A stretch of 31,503 nucleotides of DNA. It comes from Utricularia gibba. Its lineage: Eukaryota > Plantae > Magnoliophyta. A model generated the notes under the pieces. The model had not been told where the DNA came from. It searched no databases and worked only from the letters and a program-made list of their open reading frames with translations. Below, one piece after another: positions 23,532-31,503 of this stretch. Numbering within the stretch: the first letter of the stretch is position 1; every line of letters starts with the position of its first letter. The stretch spans positions 1 to 31,503 of the forward strand of contig NEEC01000494.1 in NCBI GenBank assembly GCA_002189035.1, given 5' to 3'. The position numbers and the translations under genes were made by a program.

Positions 23532-26500
23532 GACGAAAATCGTGATGCAGTTATTGAAGTTAGGATTCATGAGCACCCAAAATGGTTTTCTCAACCGCAT
23601 GCTTTATATTTGATAAGGCGCTCTCGTGGGGCAACGGTATCGAGCAGGAGGTCGAGTCGAGCTCGGCCCAGAGTCATTTGTAGCCCGGAAAAAAATTGAT
23701 GCATTTATTAACGTTGGTTTTATAGGCTGCCTACATGGTTTCTCAAAAAGCTTGTCGTTTGGGCGGGTGATGTCCTTCGTTCTGACCAAGTCTGACTCCT
23801 TTGCCAATCGGGTCCTACTCGACGAAAATCGTGATGCAGTTATTGAAGTTAGGATTCATGAGCACCCAAAATGGTTTTCTCAACCGCATGCTTTATATTT
23901 GATAAGGCGCTCTCGTGGGCAACGGTATCGAGTAGGAGGTCGAGTCGAGCTCCCAGAGTCATTTGTATCAAAAAACTTGATGCATTTATTAACGTTTGGT
24001 TTTAATAGGCTGCCTACATGGTTTCTCAAGGAAAAGCTTGTCGTTTTTGGGGGTGATGTCTTTTGGAACTTCGTTCTGACCATAGGTTCGGTCTGACTCC
24101 TTTGCCACATCGGTCCTACTCGACGAAAATCGTGATGCAGTTATTGAAGTTAGGATATCATGAGCACCCAAAATGGTTTTCTCAACCGCATGCTTTATAT
24201 TTGATAAGGCACTCTCGTGGGGCAACGGTATCGAGCAGGAGGTCGAGTCGAGCTCGGGCCCAGAGTCATTTGTAGCCCGGCAAAAAAAATTGATGCATTT
24301 ATTAACGTTCGGCTTTATTAGGCTGCCTACATAGTTTCTCAAGGAAAAGCTTGTCGTTTCTGGGCGGGTGATGTCTTTTGGAACTTCGTTCTGACCATAG
24401 GTTCGGTCTGACTCCTTTGCCACATCGGGTCCTACTCGACGAAAATCGTGATGCAGTTATTGAAGTTAGGATTCATGAGCACCCAAAATGGTTTTCTCAA
24501 CCGCATGCTTTATATTTGATAAGGCACTCTCGTGGGGCAACGGTATCGAGCAGGAGGTCGAGTCGAGCTCGGCCCAGAGTCATTTGTAGCCCGGCAAAAA
24601 AAATTGATGCATTTATTAACGTTGGTTTTTAGGCTGCCTACATAGTTTCTCAAGGAAAAGCTTGTCGTTTCTGGGCGGGTGATGTCTTTTGGAACTTCGT
24701 TCTGACCAAGGTTCGGTCTGACTCCTTTGCCACATCGGGTCCTACTCGACGAAAATCGTGATGCAGTTATTGAAGTTAGGATTCATGAGCACCCAAAATG
24801 GTTTTCTCAACCGCATGCTTTATATTTGATAAGGCACTCTCGTGGGGCAACGGTATCGAGCAGGAGGTCGAGTCGAGCTCGGCCCAGAGTCATTTGTAGC
24901 CGGCAAAAAATTGATGCATTTATTAACGTTCGGTTTTAATAGGCTGCCTACATAGTTTTCTCAAGGAAAAGCTTGTCGTTTCTGGGCGGGTGATGTCTTT
25001 TGGAACTTCGTTCTGACCAAGGTTCGGTCTGACTCCTTTGCCACATCGGGTCCTACTCGACGAAAATCGTGATGCAGTTATTGAAGTTAGGATTCATGAG
25101 CACCCAAAATGGTTTTCTCAACCGCATGCTTTATATTTGATAAGGCGCTCTCGTGGGGCAACGGTATCGAGCAGGAGGTCGAGTCGAGCTCGGGCCCATA
25201 GTCATTTGTAGCTCGGCAAAAAAAACTTGATGCATTTATTAACGTTGGTTTTAATAGGCTGCCTACATGGTTTCTCAAGGAAAAGCTTGTCGTTTTGGCG
25301 GGTGATGTCGTTGGGAACTTCGTTCTGACCCAAGGTTCGGTCTGACTCCTTTGCCAATCGGGTCCTACTCGACGAAAATCGTGATGCAGTTATTGAAGTT
25401 AGGATTTCATGAGCACCCAAAATGTTTTCTCAATCGCATGCTTTGTAGTTGAGGAGGCGCTCTAGTGGGGCACGGTATCGGGCAAAAGGTCGAGTCGAGC
25501 TCGGCCCAGAGTCATTTGTAGCCCGCAAAAAAATTGATGCATTTATTAACGTTTTTTTAGGCTGCCTACATGGTTTCTCAAGGAAAAGCTTGTCGTTTCT
25601 GGGCGGGTGATGTCGTTGGAACTTCGTTCTGACCCAAGGTTCGGTCTGACTCCTTTGCCACATCGGGTCCTACTCGACGAAAATCGTGATGCAGTTATTG
25701 AAGTTAGGATTCATGAGCACCCAAAATGGTTTTCTCAACCGCATGCTTTATATTTGATAAGGCGCTCTCGTGGGGCAACGGTATCGAGCAGGAGGTCGAG
25801 TCGAGCTCGGGCCAGTCATTTGTAGCCCGGCAAAAAAATTGATGCATTTATTAACGTTGGTTTTAATAGGCTGCCTACATGTTTCTCAAGGAAAAGCTTG
25901 TCGTTTCTGGGCGGGTGATGTCTTTTGGAACTTCGTTCTGACCAAGGTTCGGTCTGACTCCTTTGCCACATCGGGTCCTACTCGACGAAAATCGTGATGC
26001 AGTTATTGAAGTTAGGATTCATGAGCACCCAAAATGGTTTTCTCAACCGCATGCTTTATATTTGATAAGGTGCTCTCGTGGGGCAACGGTATCGAGTAGG
26101 AGGTCGAGTCGAGCTCGGGCCCAGAGTCATTTGTAGCTCGGCAAAAAACTTGATGCATTTATTAACGTTGGTTTTAATAGGCTGCCTACATGGTTTCTCA
26201 AGGAAAAGCTTGTCGTTTTTGGGCGGGTGATGTCTTTTGGAACTTCGTTCTGACCAAGGTTCGTCTGACTCCTTTGCCACATCGGGTCCTACTCGACGAA
26301 AATCGTGATGCAGTTATTGAAGTTAGGATCATGAGCACCCAAAATGGTTTTCTCAACCGCATGCTTTATATTTGATAAGGCACTCTCGTGGGGCAACGGT
26401 ATCGAGCAGGAGGTCGAGTCGAGCTCGGGCCCAGAGTCATTTGTAGCCCGGCAAAAAAATTGATGCATTTATTAACGTTGGTTTTAATAGGCTGCCTACA

Positions 26501-29500
26501 TAGTTTCTCAAGGAAAAGCTTGTCGTTTCTGGGCGGGTGATGTCTTTTGGAACTTCGTTCTGACCAAGGTTCGGTCTGACTCCTTTGCCACATCGGGTCC
26601 TACTCGACGAAAATCGTGATGCAGTTATTGAAGTTAGGATTCATGAGCACCCAAAATGGTTTTCTCAACCGCATGCTTTATATTTGATAAGGCACTCTCG
26701 TGGGGCAACGGTATCGAGCAGGAGGTCGAGTCGAGCTCCCAGAGTCATTTGTAGCCCGGCAAAAAAATTGATGCATTTATTAACGTTCGGCTTTATAGGC
26801 TGCCTACATAGTTTCTCAAGGAAAAGCTTGTCGTTTCTGGGCGGGTGATGTCGTTGGAACTTCGTTCTGACCAAGGTTCGGTCTGACTCCTTTGCCACAT
26901 CGGGTCCTACTCGACGAAAATCGTGATGCAGTTATTGAAGTTAGGATTCATGAGCACCCAAAATGGTTTTCTCAACCGCATGCTTTATATTGATAAGGTG
27001 CTCTCGTGGGCAACGGTATCGAGTAGGAGGTCGAGTCGAGCTCGGGCCCATAGTCATTTGTAGCTCGGCAAAAAACTTGATGCATTTATTAACGTTGGTT
27101 TTAATAGGCTGCCTACATGGTTTTCTCAAGGAAAAGCTTGTCGTTTTGGGCGGGTGATGTCGTTGGAACTTCGTTCTGACCAAGTTCGGTCTGACTCCTT
27201 TGCCACATCGGGTCCTACTCGACGAAAATCGTGATGCAGTTATTGAAGTTAGGATTCATGAGCACCCAAAATGGTTTTCTCAACCGCATGCTTTATATTT
27301 GATAAGGCGCTCTCGTGGGGCAACGGTATCGAGCAGGAGGTCGAGTCGAGCTCGGCCCAGAGTCATTTGTAGCCCGGCAAAAAAATTGATGCATTTATTA
27401 ACGTTGGTTTTAATAGGCTGCCTACATGGTTTCTCAAGGAAAAGCTTGTCGTTTGGGCGGGTGATGTTTTGGAACTTCGTTCTGACCAAGGTTCGGTCTG
27501 ACTCCTTTGCCACATCGGGTCCTACTCGACGAAAATCGTGATGCAGTTATTGAAGTTAGGATTCATGAGCACCCAAAATGGTTTTCTCAACCGCATGCTT
27601 TTATTTGATAAGGCGCTCTCGTGGGGCAACGGTATCGAGCAGGAGGTCGAGTCGAGCTCGGCCCAGAGTCATTTGTAGCCCGGCAAAAAAATTGATGCAT
27701 TTATTAACGTTGGTTTTAATAGGCTGCCTACATGGTTTCTCAAGGAAAAGCTTGTCGTTTCTGGGCGGGTGATGTCTTTTGGAACTTCGTTCTGACCAAG
27801 GTTCGGTCTGACTCCTTTGCCACATCGGGTCCTACTCGACGAAAATCGTGATGCAGTTATTGAAGTTAGGATCATGAGCACCCAAAATGGTTTTCTCAAC
27901 CGCATGCTTTATATTTGATAAGGCGCTCTCGTGGGGCAACGGTATCGAGCAGGAGGTCGAGTCGAGCTCGGCCCAGAGTCATTTGTAGCCGGCAAAAAAT
28001 TGATGCATTTATTAACGTTGGTTTTATAGGCTGCCTACATGTTTCTCAAGGAAAAGCTTGTCGTTTCTGGGCGGGTGATGTCTTTTGGAACTTCGTTCTG
28101 ACCAAGGTTCTGTCTGACTCCTTTGCCACATCGGGTCCTACTCGACGAAAATCGTGATGCAGTTATTGAAGTTAGGATTCATGAGCACCCAAAATGGTTT
28201 TCTCAACCGCATGCTTTATATTTGATAAGGCGCTCTCGTGGGGCAACGGTATCGAGCAGGAGGTCGAGTCGAGCTCGGGCCCATAGTCATTTGTAGCCGG
28301 CAAAAAAAAATTGATGCATTTATTAACGTTGGTTTTAATAGGCTGCCTACATGTTTCTCAAGAAAAGCTTGTCGTTTTGGGCGGGTGATGTCGTTGGAAC
28401 TTCGTTCTGACCCAAGGTTCGGTCTGACTCCTTTGCCACATCGGGTCCTACTCGACGAAAATCGTGATGCAGTTATTGAAGTTAGGATTTCATGAGCACC
28501 CAAAATGTTTTCTCAACCGCATGCTTTATATTTGCGCTCTCGTGGGGCAACGGTATCGAGCAGGTCGAGTCGAGCTCGCCCAGAGTTTGTAGCCCGCAAA
28601 AAATTGATGCATTTATTAACGTTGGTTTATAGGCTGCCTACATTTTCTCAAGGAAAAGCTTGTCGTTTTGGGCGGGTGATGTCGTTGGAACTTCGTTCTG
28701 ACCCAAGGTTCGGTCTGACTCCTTTGCCAATCGGTCCTACTCGACGAAAATCGTGATGCAGTTATTGAAGTTAGGATTCATGAGCACCCAAAATGGTTTT
28801 CTCAACCGCATGCTTTATATTTGAGGAGGCGCTCTCGTGGGGCAACGGTATCGAGTTCGAGTCGAGCTCCCCAGAGTCATTTGTAGCTCGGCAAAAAATT
28901 GATGCATTTATTAACGTTGGTTTTAATAGCTGCCTACATGTTTCTCAAGGAAAAGCTTGTCGTTTCTGGGCGGGTGATGTCTTTTGGAACTTCGTTCTGA
29001 CCATAGGTTCGGTCTGACTCCTTTGCCACATCGGGTCCTACTCGACGAAAATCGTGATGCAGTTATTGAAGTTAGGATTCATGAGCACCCAAAATGGTTT
29101 TCTCAACCGCATGCTTTATATTTGATAAGGTGCTCTCGTGGGGCAACGGTATCGAGTAGGAGGTCGAGTCGAGCTCGGGCCCATAGTCATTTGTAGCTCG
29201 GCAAAAAACTTGATGCATTTATTAACGTTGGTTTTAATAGGCTGCCTCAATGGTTTTCTCAAGGAAAAGCTTGTCGTTTTTGGGCGGGTGATGTCTTGGA
29301 ACTTCGTTCTGACCCAAGGTTCGGTCTGACTCCTTTGCCACATCGGTCCTACTCGACGAAAATCGTGATGCAGTTATTGAAGTTAGGATTCATGAGCACC
29401 CAAAATGGTTTTCTCAACCGCATGCTTTATATTTGATAAGGCGCTCTCGTGGGGCAACGGTATCGAGCAGGAGGTCGAGTCGAGCTCGGCCCAGAGTCAT

Positions 29501-31503
29501 TTGTAGCCGGCAAAAAAATTGATGCATTTATTAACGTTGGTTTTAATAGGCTGCCTACATGTTTCTCAAGGAAAAGCTTGTCGTTTCTGGCGGGTGATGT
29601 CTTTTGGAACTTCGTTCTGACCAAGGTTCGGTCTGACTCCTTTGCCACATCGGGTCCTACTCGACGAAAATCGTGATGCAGTTATTGAAGTTAGGATTCA
29701 TGAGCACCCAAAATGGTTTTCTCAACCGCATGCTTTATATTTGATAAGGCACTCTCGTGGGGCAACGGTATCGAGCAGGAGGTCGAGTCGAGCTCGGCCC
29801 AGAGTCATTTGTAGCCCGGCAAAAAAATTGATGCATTTATTAACGTTCGGCTTTATTAGGCTGCCTACATAGTTTCTCAAGGAAAAGCTTGTCGTTTCTG
29901 GCGGGTGATGTCTTTTGGAACTTCGTTCTGACCAAGGTTCGTCTGACTCCTTTGCCACATCGGGTCCTACTCGACGAAAATCGTGATGCAGTTATTGAAG
30001 TTAGGATATCATGAGCACCCAAAATGGTTTTCTCAACCGCATGCTTTATATTTGATAAGGCACTCTCGTGGGGCAACGGTATCGAGCAGGAGGTCGAGTC
30101 GAGCTCGGGCCCAGAGTCATTTGTAGCTCGGCAAAAAAAATTGATGCATTTATTAACGTTGGTTTTATAGGCTGCCTACATGTTTCTCAAGGAAAAGCTT
30201 GTCGTTTCTGGCGGGTGATGTCGTTGGGAACTTCGTTCTGACCAAGGTTCGGTCTGACTCCTTTGCCACATCGGGTCCTACTCGACGAAAATCGTGATGC
30301 AGTTATTGAAGTTAGGATTTCATGAGCACCCAAAATGTTTTCTCAACCGCATGCTTTATATTTGAGGAGGCGCTCTCGTGGGCACGGTATCGAGCAAAAG
30401 GTCGAGTCGAGCTCGCCCAGAGTCATTTGTAGCCCGCAAAAAATTGATGCATTTATTAACGTTGGTTTTTAGGCTGCCTACATAGTTTCTCAAGGAAAAA
30501 GCTTGTCGTTTCTGGGCGGGTGATGTCGTTGGAACTTCGTTCTGACCCAAGGTTCTGTCTGACTCCTTTGCCACATCGGGTCCTACTCGACGAAAATCGT
30601 GATGCAGTTATTGAAGTTAGGATTCATGAGCACCCAAAATGTTTTCTCAACCGCATGCTTTATATTTGAAGGCGCTCTCGTGGGGCAACGGTATCGAGTA
30701 GGAGGTCGAGTCGAGCTCGGGCCCATAGTCATTTGTAGCTCGGCAAAAAAATTGATGCATTTATTAACGTTGGTTTTAATAGCTGCCTACATTGTTTCTC
30801 AAGGAAAAGCTTGTCGTTTTTGGCGGGTGATGTCGTTGGAACTTCGTTCTGACCCAAGGTTCGGTCTGACTCCTTTGCCACATCGGGTCCTACTCGACGA
30901 AAATCGTGATGCAGTTATTGAAGTTAGGATTTCATGAGCACCCAAAATGGTTTTCTCAACCGCATGCTTTATATTTGATAAGGTGCTCTCGTGGGGCAAC
31001 GGTATCGAGCAGGAGGTCGAGTCGAGCTCGGGCCCAGAGTCATTTGTAGCCCGCAAAAAATTGATGCATTTATTAACGTTGGTTTTATTAGGCTGCCTAC
31101 ATGTTTCTCAAGGAAAAGCTTGTCGTTTCTGGCGGGTGATGTCTTTTGGGAACTTCGTTCTGACCCAAGGTTCGGTCTGACTCCTTTGCCACATCGGGTC
31201 CTACTCGACGAAAATCGTGATGCAGTTATTGAAGTTAGGATTCATGAGCACCCAAAATGGTTTTCTCAACCGCATGCTTTTATATTGAAGGCGCTCTCGT
31301 GGGGCAACGGTATCGAGCAGGAGGTCGAGTCGAGCTCGGCCCAGAGTCATTTGTAGCCCGGCAAAAAAATTGATGCATTTATTAACGTTCGGCTTTATAG
31401 GCTGCCTACATAGTTTCTCAAGGAAAAGCTTGTCGTTTCTGGGCGGGTGATGTCTTTTGGAACTTCGTTCTGACCATAGGTTCGGTCTGACTCCTTTGCC
31501 ACA

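Larger units (their letters stand above)
1..31503. repeat. Tandem satellite DNA array, ~312-bp monomer, ~103 copies, all in one orientation
   Basis: The anchor GACGAAAATCGTG recurs 102 times (220, 531, 840, 1154, 1458, 1769 ... 30589, 30896, 31207). Mean period is (31207-220)/101 = 306.8 bp; most monomers are 303-314 bp. The window begins and ends mid-monomer. I saw no inversion and no insertion longer than about 12 nt. Confidence 0.99.
1..31503. repeat. Probable Silene latifolia subtelomeric SacI / X43.1-family satellite (family assignment from recalled properties, not from alignment)
   Basis: My hand consensus is 312 bp and 166/312 = 53.2% AT, with one SacI site (GAGCTC in GTCGAGCTCGG) in most monomers and short telomere-like motifs (GTTAGG, ATTAGG). 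I recall the S. latifolia SacI/X43.1 satellite as about 313 bp, about 53% AT and subtelomeric. I cannot recall its base sequence, so BLASTN is needed. Confidence 0.7.

Noticed and set aside
230-31356. All supplied ORFs (60-195 aa), e.g. MPHRVLLDENRDAVIEVRIHEHPKWFSQPHALYLIR and LSNIKHAVEKTILGAHEILTSITASRFSSSRTRCGKG
   Set aside because: They are translations of the same monomer in several frames on both strands. They switch frame from copy to copy, many use GTG/TTG starts, and I recognise no domain. Frame is not conserved among copies, so there is no sign of coding constraint.
1-31503. CRISPR-like reading (44-bp invariant repeat separated by variable sequence)
   Set aside because: The intervening ~268 bp are near-identical copies of each other, not unique 25-45-bp spacers, and there are no cas genes or leader.
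1-31503. 5S rDNA, tRNA or snRNA tandem array
   Set aside because: I recognise no 5S rRNA sequence, Pol III A/C or A/B boxes in the right arrangement, cloverleaf or Sm site in the monomer on either strand.
1-31503. Rolling-circle or concatemer sequencing artefact of one small circular molecule
   Set aside because: Copies fall into several multi-site haplotypes arranged in ordered patterns. One template read repeatedly would give a single haplotype plus random error.
1-31503. Transposon or LTR fragments, or an inversion within the array
   Set aside because: All 102 anchors are on the same strand at 267-316-bp spacing, leaving no room for an insert. I saw no terminal repeats or target-site duplications.

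Overview
The whole 31.5 kb window is one uninterrupted head-to-tail satellite DNA array. I found no genes, RNA genes, transposons, CRISPR array or unique flanking sequence. I counted 102 copies of the anchor GACGAAAATCGTG, from position 220 to 31207, giving about 103 monomers with a mean spacing of 306.8 bp. Intact monomers are about 312 bp and about 53% AT, and most carry one SacI site (GAGCTC). Length, AT content and the SacI site match my recollection of the Silene latifolia subtelomeric SacI/X43.1 satellite (about 313 bp); this was not verified by a search. All supplied ORFs are translations of the repeat. The interesting signal is architectural: (i) the 312-bp monomer is a degenerate dimer of two 156-bp halves with a conserved TGATGCA(G/T)TTATT box in each; (ii) a 44-bp core has no substitutions that I could find in 102 copies; (iii) monomers fall into linked haplotype classes that form nested higher-order repeats (dimers, 7-8mers, 10-16mer block duplications) changing along the array; (iv) many diagnostic variants are transitions in CG and CHG contexts, which fits plant-type methylation. 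Homopolymer jitter and local clusters of deletions suggest noisy long-read sequence, so indel-based observations need confirmation with accurate reads. I see no new protein-coding system here.
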